Part shown: positions 22,859-32,347 of the stretch, one piece after another
How positions within the stretch are numbered: the stretch's first letter is position 1
Layout: every line of letters starts with the position of its first letter
Assembly (NCBI GenBank): GCA_902509555.1
Contig: CABWYS010000003.1
Location: 937 to 64,936, forward strand
DNA from: an uncultured SAR86 cluster bacterium
GTDB taxonomy: Bacteria; Pseudomonadota; Gammaproteobacteria; Magnimaribacterales; D2472
Length of the DNA: 64,000 nucleotides
Direction: 5' to 3'
The notes under the pieces: model-generated
What the model was told of the DNA's origin: nothing
Seen by the model: only the letters and a program-made list of their open reading frames with translations
The model's database searches: none
Program-made: the position numbers and the translations under genes

Positions 22859-25486
22859 TTATTTTGTTACTTCAACCCACTTATCACCATTATGCGTGGC
22901 AGTGTTTCCAGTCTTTTTACCATCTTTTTCTGAAGCTAGATAATGAGTGTCCTCAACCTTGTTGTATCTAATGACATAAGTATTTCCATCAATATCTTTT
23001 TTAGGGGCATCCAAAAGATGGGTATGCTTGCCTTGATCTTCTAAATACCTGCACGCATTAAGCAAAGTTTCCTCTGTAACTGCTTGATTAAATTCCTCAA
23101 CAGATGGCGCACGAGTCTCTCTATTTTTAGGATATTTACTCGCTGCTAAAAAAAGTCCTTTCATGCTGTCTCTTAACAAGTAAATATCTTCAAATTTAAT
23201 ACAAGAGATTTCTGTGGTAATTGGTTCCATCACTATGGGTTTTGGCTCTCCATTTCTTTGAAGCGCTCTGGTTGCACCGCAATTATCGTTCATACAACCA
23301 AAATATTTACCAAACCTACCTGTTTTTAACTGCATTTCAGATCCACACTTATGGCAGGATAAGGTGGGGCCATCATATCCTTTAATTTTAAATGTGCCCT
23401 CTTCCACCTCAAATCCATCACAATCAGGATTGTTTGAGCAAACATGCAGTTTATGATTTTCATCTAACAGATAATTATCCATGCTCGTATCACATTTTGG
23501 ACAACGAAGTTTTGCTATTAAATGCTCAGCCTCCTCTTGATCATCAACACTTACAGCTTCATCGCCCGAGATGAGATTAAGAGTTTTTTTGCATTGCTCA
23601 TCTCCTAGCAAGCTATAACCCGCACATCCAAGAAAAACTCCATTACTAGCATTTCTTATTGTTAGTTTATTCTTTTTGCATTCTGGACAATTAATATTTG
23701 TCATCGTAGGAAGGTTAGGAACCATTCCAGTTTCCTCGTCCATTGCCGAGTAGAGATCATCTTGAAAAGCTGCGTAATATGAATTTAAAACGTCTTTCCA
23801 ATTTAATTCACCGTTTGCAATTCTGTCCAATTCATTTTCAAAATTAGCAGTAAAACTATAATCCATGATGTCATCAAAGCTACTTACAAGTCTGTCTGTA
23901 ACAATCATTCCAATTTTTTTAACAAAGAATCTTCTGTTTTGAACCTCAACATATCCGCGGTCCTGAATTGTAGAGATAATATTTGCATAAGTAGAAGGTC
24001 TGCCAATTCCTTTCTTTTCTAATTCCTTTACTAATGCTGCTTCTGAAAACCTTGCAGGAGGTTTGGTGTACTTTTGTTTGTTCTCTAAATCTTTGAGGAT
24101 TAATTGTTGATTGACTGCAAGGGGAGGAAGAAGATTGGCATCTGGGTCATCAGATTTTGACTTAACTATTCTTGTAAAACCATCAAACACGACCTCTCGT
24201 CCTGTTGCAGAAAATATATATTCATCTAAATGAATTTTTGCATTAGTTGCTAAATATTCTGCATCTGGTAATTGTGAACCGATAAATTGCTGCCAAATTA
24301 GTTCGTATAATCTTTTTTCTTCATCTGATGAAGAGATCAACCCTTCTGATTTTGTTGATGCATTTGTAGGCCTAATTGCTTCATGGGCCTCTTGTGCATT
24401 TTCATTGGAGGAATATATTCTTGGAGCATTGGTAAGATATTTATCTCCAAGGTTGGTTTCAATATACATTCTTGCATCTGCAATTGATTCAGGCGACAGA
24501 GCGGGAGCATCAGTTCTCATGTATGTAATGAGACCATTTTCATATAATTTTTGAGCTGTTCTCATAGTTCTCTTTACATTAAAACCAAGTTTTGTACTTG
24601 CTGCTTGTTGCAGTGTAGATGTAATAAAAGGAGGTTTTGGTTTTGATTTAATAGGTTTTTGAGTAACCTCACTTACAAGTAAATCTGAGGACTTAACCAG
24701 CTCTTCAATTTTTTTTGCCTCCTCAGCCTGCAACAAAGGATCTGATTTTTTTCTATTTAGACTAAATTCGATGCCAGTATTTTTATCATCTTCTGCATTG
24801 AATGAAATCTCCCAAAACTCATCTGGTTTAAACTCTTGGATGCTATGCTCTCTTTCTACTAAGAGCCTTAATGCAACAGATTGAACTCTTCCAGCAGATA
24901 AATTACGGGCTATTTTTGCCCATAAAAGTGGTGATAGCTCAAAACCAACCACCCTATCAAGAAATCTTCTTGCTTGCTGAGCCTCTACAAGGCTTGCATC
25001 TATATCTTTTGGGTCTTCAAAAGATTCTAAGATTGCATCTTTGGTAATTTGATTAAATCTAACCCTAGAATAGTTAAATTTATCTGCACCTAGCGCCTCT
25101 TTTAGGTGCCATGCTATTGCTTCGCCTTCTCTATCAAGATCGGTTGCTAGAAAAATTGAGTCCACGCCCTTTGCAGCTGTTTTTAATTCTTTGATAACTT
25201 TTTCTTTTTCGGGAATGATTTCGTAATTTGCAGCCCAACCATTGTCTGGATCAATTCCCATTCTTCTAACAAGTCGTTTGCGTTCATTAATTTTTTTGAG
25301 TCTTCTTTTCTCATCTTCAGGGAGATCTTTGGGGATAGTATTTCTCTGGGTGGGTTTTTTAGACTTACCCTTTGGCAGATCCCTTATATGTCCAACACTG
25401 GACTTGACGATATAGTCTGACCCTAGATACTTAGAAATAGTCTTAGCTTTGGCAGGTGATTCAACTATAACAAGAGTTTTTGACAT
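22859..25486 (-). CDS. topA: DNA topoisomerase I
   Basis: 875 aa. Toprim (VIVESPAKAKTI, TDLDREGE), active-site Tyr context ITYMRTD, C-terminal Cys4 zinc-ribbon repeats. Confidence 0.95.
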   Translation of the reverse strand: MSKTLVIVESPAKAKTISKYLGSDYIVKSSVGHIRDLPKGKSKKPTQRNTIPKDLPEDEKRRLKKINERKRLVRRMGIDPDNGWAANYEIIPEKEKVIKELKTAAKGVDSIFLATDLDREGEAIAWHLKEALGADKFNYSRVRFNQITKDAILESFEDPKDIDASLVEAQQARRFLDRVVGFELSPLLWAKIARNLSAGRVQSVALRLLVEREHSIQEFKPDEFWEISFNAEDDKNTGIEFSLNRKKSDPLLQAEEAKKIEELVKSSDLLVSEVTQKPIKSKPKPPFITSTLQQAASTKLGFNVKRTMRTAQKLYENGLITYMRTDAPALSPESIADARMYIETNLGDKYLTNAPRIYSSNENAQEAHEAIRPTNASTKSEGLISSSDEEKRLYELIWQQFIGSQLPDAEYLATNAKIHLDEYIFSATGREVVFDGFTRIVKSKSDDPDANLLPPLAVNQQLILKDLENKQKYTKPPARFSEAALVKELEKKGIGRPSTYANIISTIQDRGYVEVQNRRFFVKKIGMIVTDRLVSSFDDIMDYSFTANFENELDRIANGELNWKDVLNSYYAAFQDDLYSAMDEETGMVPNLPTMTNINCPECKKNKLTIRNASNGVFLGCAGYSLLGDEQCKKTLNLISGDEAVSVDDQEEAEHLIAKLRCPKCDTSMDNYLLDENHKLHVCSNNPDCDGFEVEEGTFKIKGYDGPTLSCHKCGSEMQLKTGRFGKYFGCMNDNCGATRALQRNGEPKPIVMEPITTEISCIKFEDIYLLRDSMKGLFLAASKYPKNRETRAPSVEEFNQAVTEETLLNACRYLEDQGKHTHLLDAPKKDIDGNTYVIRYNKVEDTHYLASEKDGKKTGNTATHNGDKWVEVTK

Positions 25487-25515
25487 AATTTTAATTTACT
25501 ATAATTTGCAAAAGT

Positions 25516-25950
25516 TCATATTTTTAATACAGCTTCCTTAATTTTTAAAAGCTCTCTAATGCCAAGCATTTCATTCCAAACGATTGCTATATTGGACTGA
25601 TAAAAAATAATTTCAAGTACAGAGGACGGTAATTTAGAAATTTTTTCTTCCACTATTTGAAATTGTTTTTCATATTTAAAGGAGATTGGCTCATAAAGTT
25701 TAAGCTTATTTTCTATTTTCAAATAGTGTAAATTCTTATAATCAGAAGTGTTTTTAATTTGATATATAGCTACTTGCGGGCTCCAGTTTTTGCATTTTTT
25801 TCTTAATTCATTCGTAGAACCAATCTTAAAACCCTCTTTAGCAGCTGACATTCTAACTTCACTAAGTGCCTTCATTTTTTTCGAAGGCTTTAAAAAACTT
25901 ATTGCGCCAACTAAAAAAAGAATAACAAAAAGAGAAATGAATAATTCCAT
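25516..25950 (-). CDS. Hypothetical membrane-anchored protein
   Basis: 144-aa ORF with one N-terminal TM (LFISLFVILFLVGAISFL). Fills the pyrD-topA interval with no alternative frame. Confidence 0.45.
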   Translation of the reverse strand: MELFISLFVILFLVGAISFLKPSKKMKALSEVRMSAAKEGFKIGSTNELRKKCKNWSPQVAIYQIKNTSDYKNLHYLKIENKLKLYEPISFKYEKQFQIVEEKISKLPSSVLEIIFYQSNIAIVWNEMLGIRELLKIKEAVLKI

Positions 25951-25958
25951 GAAAAATT

Positions 25959-26945
25959 TTAGTTCAATAATTTTTTGATAATTTTCGGGCCTTGATAAAT
26001 AAAACTGGTATAAATTTGTACTAAGGAGGCTCCTTTTTCAAATTTCATATTAAAACTCTCTTTATTATGAACTCCACCAACTCCAATCTTCAAAAGCTCA
26101 GGCTCTCTTGAATGCACCAAAGAAAGAAGTTCATTTGATTTTTCAAGCAAAGGTTTGCCCGATAGGCCGCCCGAAAGATCTTCTTTGAATTGAAATATTA
26201 AATTGCTCTTATCAATTGTGGTGTTTGAAGTGATTACTCCATCAAAATTAAATTCTTTGATAGCTTTGGTAATTTCAGAAATTACACCTATGTTTTCGTC
26301 TGGTGATAATTTTATAAAAATTGGATTCAAAAAATTTTCAGTTTCTCGGACATGGCTAATAGCTTGAAATAGTGGTAAAAAATTTTCTTTGGAATGCAAA
26401 GATCTCAACCCAGGAGTATTTGGTGAGGAAATATTAACCGTAATATAATCTGCATAAGCAGAAACTTTCTGGAAACATTCAATATAATCATCGACTCTCT
26501 TCTGGCCTATAGAATCCTTGTTTGCTCCAATATTAATTCCAAGCACCCCATTATATTCTCTTCCCTTGACCCTTTTTACAAGGTAATCAACGCCTTTATT
26601 ATTAAAACCTAGCCTATTTACAATTGCTTCTTGATCAGCAAAACGAAATACTCTTGGCTTCGGATTGCCAAGCTGTGGTTTAGGGGTAATAGTTCCAACT
26701 TCAATAAAACCAAAACCCAATGCTCCCAATGAATTTATAAAATCTCCATTTTTATCTAATCCTGCAGCTATACCAAGTTTATTTTTAAATTTTAGACCTT
26801 TGAAAGTGAATGAAGTCTCAGAAAATCTCTGTGGGAAAAATATGCTAATTATTTTTAATTGATATAAAAGCTGTAATGAATTAAGCGCAATTGAGTGAGC
26901 AAGCTCAGGAGGCAGCATTCTCAAGAATGAGAGCAATATTCTCAT
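25959..26945 (-). CDS. pyrD: Dihydroorotate dehydrogenase (quinone), class 2
   Basis: 328 aa with motifs GFGFIEVGTITP, NISSPNTPGLR and GVGGV. Confidence 0.9.
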   Translation of the reverse strand: MRILLSFLRMLPPELAHSIALNSLQLLYQLKIISIFFPQRFSETSFTFKGLKFKNKLGIAAGLDKNGDFINSLGALGFGFIEVGTITPKPQLGNPKPRVFRFADQEAIVNRLGFNNKGVDYLVKRVKGREYNGVLGINIGANKDSIGQKRVDDYIECFQKVSAYADYITVNISSPNTPGLRSLHSKENFLPLFQAISHVRETENFLNPIFIKLSPDENIGVISEITKAIKEFNFDGVITSNTTIDKSNLIFQFKEDLSGGLSGKPLLEKSNELLSLVHSREPELLKIGVGGVHNKESFNMKFEKGASLVQIYTSFIYQGPKIIKKLLN

Positions 26946-27775
26946 TTAGGCAAAAGATCAGATGCTAGATGGGCAATTGCTTGAACATATCCCTCCTTGG
27001 ATCCGCAATCAAATTTAATGCCATCATAAAGATACCCATTGATATCATGTTCTTTTAACATTAGTTTAATTGCGTCTGTTAGCTGGATTTCCCCAGCAAC
27101 CCCAGGATCTATGATCTCTAAATAATTAAATATATGATGAGATAAAACATATCTGCCAAAAACAGCCATGTCTGAAGGAGGATTTGATTGAGGTTTTTCA
27201 ATAATCCCATCAAGAAGAAATAGTTTTTCTTCTTTAGATACATCTGCAGAAGAGATAACTCCATACCTACTAATATTTTCTTTAGGAACTTTATTTAATC
27301 CGATTACAGATGAGTTAGTCTTTTGAGCAATATTGATTAATTGCTGTGTAGCAGAAGGATCATTGATAATCAGATCATCTGCTAGCAAAATAGCAAATGA
27401 CTCATCTTTTATTAAGTGCTTGGCTTGCAGAATTGCATGCCCTAAGCCTTTTTGTAATTTCTGCCGCACATAAGTGAAGGTGACATCTTGGAATATATTT
27501 CTATTTATCTTTTTTATGGCGTCTTTTTTGCCTGACTTCAGCAATTTTTCTTCAAGCTCAAGGTTCGTATCAAAATGATCTTCAATTGATCTTTTTGTAT
27601 GACTTGTAATAAAGATTATTTCTTCTATTCCTGCAATCACTGCTTCCTCAACAGCGTATTCAATCAGAGGCTTGTCTATAATTGGAAGCATTTCTTTTGG
27701 AATAGCTTTGGTTGCAGGTAAAAATCTTGTTCCAAGACCAGCAACAGGAAAGATTGCTTTAGTAATTTTTTTCAT
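26942..27775 (-). CDS. galU: UTP-glucose-1-phosphate uridylyltransferase
   Basis: 277 aa. AIFPVAGLGTRFLPATKAIPKEMLPI signature. Confidence 0.92.
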   Translation of the reverse strand: MKKITKAIFPVAGLGTRFLPATKAIPKEMLPIIDKPLIEYAVEEAVIAGIEEIIFITSHTKRSIEDHFDTNLELEEKLLKSGKKDAIKKINRNIFQDVTFTYVRQKLQKGLGHAILQAKHLIKDESFAILLADDLIINDPSATQQLINIAQKTNSSVIGLNKVPKENISRYGVISSADVSKEEKLFLLDGIIEKPQSNPPSDMAVFGRYVLSHHIFNYLEIIDPGVAGEIQLTDAIKLMLKEHDINGYLYDGIKFDCGSKEGYVQAIAHLASDLLPK

Positions 27776-27779
27776 TAGG

Positions 27780-28421
27780 CTAAAACTTCATAGTATATTT
27801 GGCTATTAAACCAAGTATAAACCCAGCTATCATACCAACTAAATGAGCTATATTCGCAACATTCCCAAAACCAAAAATTGTTAATAGCCCTGTAAAGCCA
27901 ACTAATAGCCAAATGAACATAAAGATGTATAAGGCATTTGGTAGATCATATCTTTGACCCCTGTTATCTATATCTAAAATAAAACAGTAGCCTAAAAGGC
28001 CATACACAGCTCCACTCAATCCCCCAAATAGATAATCACCAGTTATGAAATATTGACCAAGATTACTTGATAAACCTGAAATTAAAAATAAAACTAAAAA
28101 GACTGCCTTCCCATCAATCACTTCAATTTTGGATCCCAGGATATAAATCCATAAACAATTAAATATTAGGTGAGTTAGAGAAAAATGAAGGAAAGTTGGA
28201 GTAATAAGTCGCCACCACTCTTGAGAAGCCAAATAAGTATTCTGAAATGATGGGTATAAATTTGACCCATTGCTTTTAAGAAAAAGAAATGGATCTAACA
28301 AACTACTAAAACCAAAATTTGTTAAAAAGCTTAACAGTACAGCAATCGCAATAATAAAAAAGTATAAGGAGTTAGTATTCAAGTCTAATGTGTTTTCTTG
28401 GCAGTAATATCTAAGCTCCAA
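27780..28421 (-). CDS. Rhomboid family intramembrane serine protease
   Basis: 213 aa, polytopic. WWRLITPTFLHFSLTHLIFN and the catalytic GLSGAVYG plus a later AHLVG His. Confidence 0.8.
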   Translation of the reverse strand: MELRYYCQENTLDLNTNSLYFFIIAIAVLLSFLTNFGFSSLLDPFLFLKSNGSNLYPSFQNTYLASQEWWRLITPTFLHFSLTHLIFNCLWIYILGSKIEVIDGKAVFLVLFLISGLSSNLGQYFITGDYLFGGLSGAVYGLLGYCFILDIDNRGQRYDLPNALYIFMFIWLLVGFTGLLTIFGFGNVANIAHLVGMIAGFILGLIAKYTMKF

Positions 28422-29275
28422 CCCAGTTTTTCTCTGCAGGCTTCATAAAAATCATTATCAGAGGGATGAATAATTTTTAAAGACGAGTCCTTTTTGGAAA
28501 TATGAATAGAATTATTGTATTCCATAGGCATATCTTTTTGGCCGTCTACACACACCATTGGATGATCTAAAGGCCCTTCAATCAATTGAATCTCCAGAGA
28601 TTTCTGATTTGAAACTATTAAAGGTCTGGAGGAAAGGCTTTGGGACATCATGGGTATAATATTCCAGATATTTAATTCTGGATGCACTATTGATCCTCCT
28701 GCAGATAATGCATATGCAGTAGACCCAGTTGGGGTTGCAACTATCAATCCATCTGATCGCTGCTCATATACAGTTTTACCATCAATCAATAATCTATATC
28801 TCATTAGCTGAGCATAAGATCCTGAGTGAATTAATACTTCATTGAGACCAAAAACTTCTTGATCTGAGAATTGCGCTTCAACCAAACTTCTCTCTTCAAG
28901 AATATAATCACCTTTAAAAACATCATTTATAACTGATTCAAAGTTTTCAATATTCACATCAGTCAGAAAGCCAACAGCACCCATATTTATTCCCAAGATT
29001 GGAGTCTCAGTTTCAATAAATTTTCTTGCTGCCCCCAATAAAGTTCCGTCCCCACCAAATACAATGATTAAATCAACTGATTGATTAAATTTTTCAATAT
29101 CAACAATATCCACCCCCTTAAAGTCAATCTGGTCAGTTGAATATATTGTTTTAGTGTTTTTGAGTAAAACACTAAGCAATCTGCTTACAACAGAAGATTC
29201 GTTAGATGAGAGGGTGTTTTTTAAAACAATGCCTATATTTTTAAACATGCGAGCAATTATACTCTCTGAAGTCAA
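28385..29275 (-). CDS. nadK: NAD kinase
   Basis: 296 aa with GGDGTLL and TPTGSTAYALSAGG motifs. The start may be the internal Met at 29248 (MFKNIGIV). Confidence 0.9.
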   Translation of the reverse strand: MTSESIIARMFKNIGIVLKNTLSSNESSVVSRLLSVLLKNTKTIYSTDQIDFKGVDIVDIEKFNQSVDLIIVFGGDGTLLGAARKFIETETPILGINMGAVGFLTDVNIENFESVINDVFKGDYILEERSLVEAQFSDQEVFGLNEVLIHSGSYAQLMRYRLLIDGKTVYEQRSDGLIVATPTGSTAYALSAGGSIVHPELNIWNIIPMMSQSLSSRPLIVSNQKSLEIQLIEGPLDHPMVCVDGQKDMPMEYNNSIHISKKDSSLKIIHPSDNDFYEACREKLGWSLDITAKKTH

Positions 29276-29290
29276 TTTAAAAGCAAATTT

Positions 29291-30037
29291 GTGAATACAT
29301 TTAATGAAATCATTAAGCTAGTAAAAGCTAGCAATCGTACAGTTATTTTAACTGGTGCTGGGATAAGCACAGAATCTGGGTTACCTGACTTTAGGAGCAA
29401 TAATGGTTTTTGGACCAAAAATAAGCCTATTCAGTTCAATGAGTTTTTGATGAGCGAAGAAAAACAAAGGCTGTCATGGGAAAGAAATATTGAGCTTCAT
29501 TCGCTTCTTAAAAACATAAAGCCAAACATAGGGCATGCTTTTGTTGAAAAAATTACCAACATACAAAAAAATAATTTCCTACTAACTCAGAATATTGATG
29601 GGCTCCATCAGAAATCAGGCATCCCTAGAAATAAAATTATAGAGATCCATGGTAATGCTATCGAAGCTGCTTGTTTGGAGTGTGGGGCAAAACAAAATAT
29701 TACAGATTTCCATGATGCTATTAAATCCAAAGCTCCATTACCAAAATGCAATTTTTGTGAGGGCATTGTGAAAGTAGCCACCATCTCATTTGGCCAACCT
29801 ATGAATGAAAAGGACATGATGCATGCCTCAAAGATTGTTCAAGAAAGTGATTTAATGATTGTTATGGGTTCATCTTTGAAAGTATTGCCTGCAGGAAAGC
29901 TACCTAATTTAGCAATGCAATCAGGCTCAAAGCTTATTATATTAAATAGAGAAAAAACTCGGTATGACCAAAGCGCAGATATAGTGATGAATGAAGAATT
30001 ACAGAATATATGTAGCAGGCTACTCGAAGAACTTTAG
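29291..30037 (+). CDS. cobB: Sir2-family NAD-dependent protein deacylase
   Basis: 248 aa, GTG start. GAGISTESGLPDFR, QNIDGLH, catalytic His in EIHG, Zn ribbon CLECG...CNFCEG. Confidence 0.85.
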   Translation: MNTFNEIIKLVKASNRTVILTGAGISTESGLPDFRSNNGFWTKNKPIQFNEFLMSEEKQRLSWERNIELHSLLKNIKPNIGHAFVEKITNIQKNNFLLTQNIDGLHQKSGIPRNKIIEIHGNAIEAACLECGAKQNITDFHDAIKSKAPLPKCNFCEGIVKVATISFGQPMNEKDMMHASKIVQESDLMIVMGSSLKVLPAGKLPNLAMQSGSKLIILNREKTRYDQSADIVMNEELQNICSRLLEEL

Positions 30038-31080
30038 TCGTGCATTAGGGCAGCTCTACCAAGAATTTTACCATTTTTAAGATCTTCTAAAGTCTGGTTT
30101 GCTTGAGACGCCGGTCTTTTCTCTACTGGAATTGGATCAACTTTTCCGGATCTTACAAGCTCCATCAGCTCATGCATATCACCCGGGCTGCCAGTGTATG
30201 AACCTTGCACGCCTCTTTCCATGATTGGGATCAAAGGTAGAGGGAGTTTTAACTCACCCCCATAAAGTCCTACGATAATATACTTACCGCCTTTTCTTAA
30301 AAGATTGGTTCCAAATGCAGTGGACTGTTCTGAACCAACAAAATCTATTGCAACAGATGCATTGCCACCAGTTATTTCAAAAACTTTCATCATTGCATCC
30401 TCGTGCGTAGGATTGATAGCAGCTGATGCACCATTTTCAAGAGCTAGTTTGAGCTTTTCTTCATCCACATCTACAACGATTGGATTGCAATTGAATGCTG
30501 CCTTGGCAATCTGTAAACCCATCATGCCAACACCTCCAACACCAATAATAATTAAATCATGATCTGAAGTGTACGGAGCACCTTTTTTAAGAGCACTGTA
30601 GGCTGTCAGGCCTGAGCAAGCATAACTCCCAGCTAAATGTTCAGGCGTATCCCCTGCGTCATGTAAATATTTTGAATCAGGGACTACAACATGATCTCCA
30701 AAACCACCAGGCTGCATAACACCAATAACAGGACCTGTATTACACAAGTGCTCATCACCATTAACACAAACATTACAATCGCTGCACCCAATCCATGGAT
30801 AAACAATTCTTTTATCTCCAACATTAATATTGGTTGCTTCTGGCCCAACTGCTACAACTTCTCCAAAGACCTCATGTCCTAATGTAAATGGATTTGGAAC
30901 AGGCACAGGTAATTCATTGCCACCACCAAGATCAAATGCACCCGAGTGTATGTGCACATCAGAATGGCACACCCCACAAGCTATAGTTTTTATAATTACC
31001 TGACTGCCAGTTGGCTCAGGTGTTGGAGACTCGACTTCTATAAGTGGCTTTCCAGCCTCTGGAGCTTGGTATGATTTCAT
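30034..31080 (-). CDS. Zinc-dependent alcohol dehydrogenase (MDR family)
   Basis: 348 aa. GVCHSD, GHEVFGEVV, a structural-Zn Cys cluster (CSDCNVCVNGDEHLC), Rossmann GVGGVG. Confidence 0.85.
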   Translation of the reverse strand: MKSYQAPEAGKPLIEVESPTPEPTGSQVIIKTIACGVCHSDVHIHSGAFDLGGGNELPVPVPNPFTLGHEVFGEVVAVGPEATNINVGDKRIVYPWIGCSDCNVCVNGDEHLCNTGPVIGVMQPGGFGDHVVVPDSKYLHDAGDTPEHLAGSYACSGLTAYSALKKGAPYTSDHDLIIIGVGGVGMMGLQIAKAAFNCNPIVVDVDEEKLKLALENGASAAINPTHEDAMMKVFEITGGNASVAIDFVGSEQSTAFGTNLLRKGGKYIIVGLYGGELKLPLPLIPIMERGVQGSYTGSPGDMHELMELVRSGKVDPIPVEKRPASQANQTLEDLKNGKILGRAALMHD

Positions 31081-31155
31081 ATTTTAAATTGCCAAAAAAA
31101 TGATTACTTGATTATAATAACCCCTCTTTAAATATGCGCAAGCAATCAAAAAAAT

Positions 31156-32340
31156 ATGGAACATTTAGAGCAGTTTAGGCAAGAAGTCAGGGATTGGTTA
31201 GAGGAAAATTGCCCTCCTTCCATGAGAACTCCACTCGTGCCTGAAGAAGAGGTTTGGGGCGGTAGAAATGCAGAATACGTTAATCCCGAATCGAAATTAT
31301 GGTTAGAAAGAATGGGAGAAAAGGGTTGGACTGCCCCTAATTTACCAAAAGAATATGGTGGCGGAGGTCTAGATAGGGATGAAACTAAAGTCCTTCACCA
31401 AGAACTCTTTAGAATTAAAGCAAGGCCCGCGTTAAATAGCTTCGGTATTTGGATGCTCGCACCATGCATAATTGAATTTGGTTCAGAAGAGCAAAAAAGA
31501 GAGCATCTCCCAAAAATTATTAAAGGCGAGATTAGATGGTGCCAAGGTTATTCCGAACCTGGTTCAGGCTCTGACTTAGCCAGCCTCTCAACCAAAGCAG
31601 AGGATATGGGCGATCATTATTTAGTCAACGGTCAAAAAGTTTGGACTTCCTATGCTGATAAAGCAGATTGGATATTTGCTCTGGTTAGAACTGGTCCAAA
31701 AGAGCCAAAGCATAATGGAATTAGTTTTTTGCTTATTGATATGGCTACTGAGGGAGTTAGCACCAAGTCAATCACACTCATCAGTGGCAAATCACCGTTT
31801 TGTGAAACTTTTTTTGATAATGTCAAAGCACCAAAAGAAAACCTTGTTGGGGTGGAAAATTCTGGCTGGACAATAGCAAAAAAACTCTTGCAACATGAAA
31901 GAAACTTTATTTCCAATTTTGGTCTTGCTGGAGGCGGGACTGGATCTGGAGCAGATGTTGTAAGCATAGCTAAGAAATATTTAGGTGAAGCTAACGGCCA
32001 AATAGCCAATTCAGCTCAAAGAGAAAATATAACATTACACAAGATGAAAGAGCATGCATTTGGATTAACCTTGCAGCGTTCTGGAGATGAAGGCGCCAAA
32101 GCCTCAGCTGCATCATCAATGTTTAAATACTATGGAACCGAACATAATAAAGACCGCTATGAGCTTATGATTGCTGCAATGGGAAACAAAGGCTTAGGCT
32201 GGACCAATGAAGGTTTTTCAGATGATGAGCAAGCCATAACCAAAGCATGGCTGAGAACCAAAGCTAATTCAATTGAGGGAGGAACTTCTGAAGTTCAGCT
32301 CAATGTTATTTCTAGAAGAGTTCTAGACCTACCCAACTAA
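31156..32340 (+). CDS. Acyl-CoA dehydrogenase family protein (larger member of pair)
   Basis: 394 aa. WCQGYSEPGSGSDLASL, GQKVWTS, C-terminal IEGGTSEVQLNVISR. Confidence 0.85.
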   Translation: MEHLEQFRQEVRDWLEENCPPSMRTPLVPEEEVWGGRNAEYVNPESKLWLERMGEKGWTAPNLPKEYGGGGLDRDETKVLHQELFRIKARPALNSFGIWMLAPCIIEFGSEEQKREHLPKIIKGEIRWCQGYSEPGSGSDLASLSTKAEDMGDHYLVNGQKVWTSYADKADWIFALVRTGPKEPKHNGISFLLIDMATEGVSTKSITLISGKSPFCETFFDNVKAPKENLVGVENSGWTIAKKLLQHERNFISNFGLAGGGTGSGADVVSIAKKYLGEANGQIANSAQRENITLHKMKEHAFGLTLQRSGDEGAKASAASSMFKYYGTEHNKDRYELMIAAMGNKGLGWTNEGFSDDEQAITKAWLRTKANSIEGGTSEVQLNVISRRVLDLPN

Positions 32341-32347
32341 GGAACCT

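Noticed and set aside
29291-30037. The Sir2-domain protein as a possible anti-phage (SIR2-type) defence effector.
   Set aside because: It is 248 aa with the full classical sirtuin motif set and Zn ribbon. It has no partner genes and is embedded among housekeeping genes, which is consistent with an ordinary CobB-type deacylase.
31081-31155. Possible third copy of the TGGTAAT-N14-ATTACCA operator in the ADH/ACAD divergent spacer (aaaaaaatgattacttgattataataa).
   Set aside because: The similarity is limited to an A-run and a few bases. Neither half-site is present, and there is no convincing palindrome.
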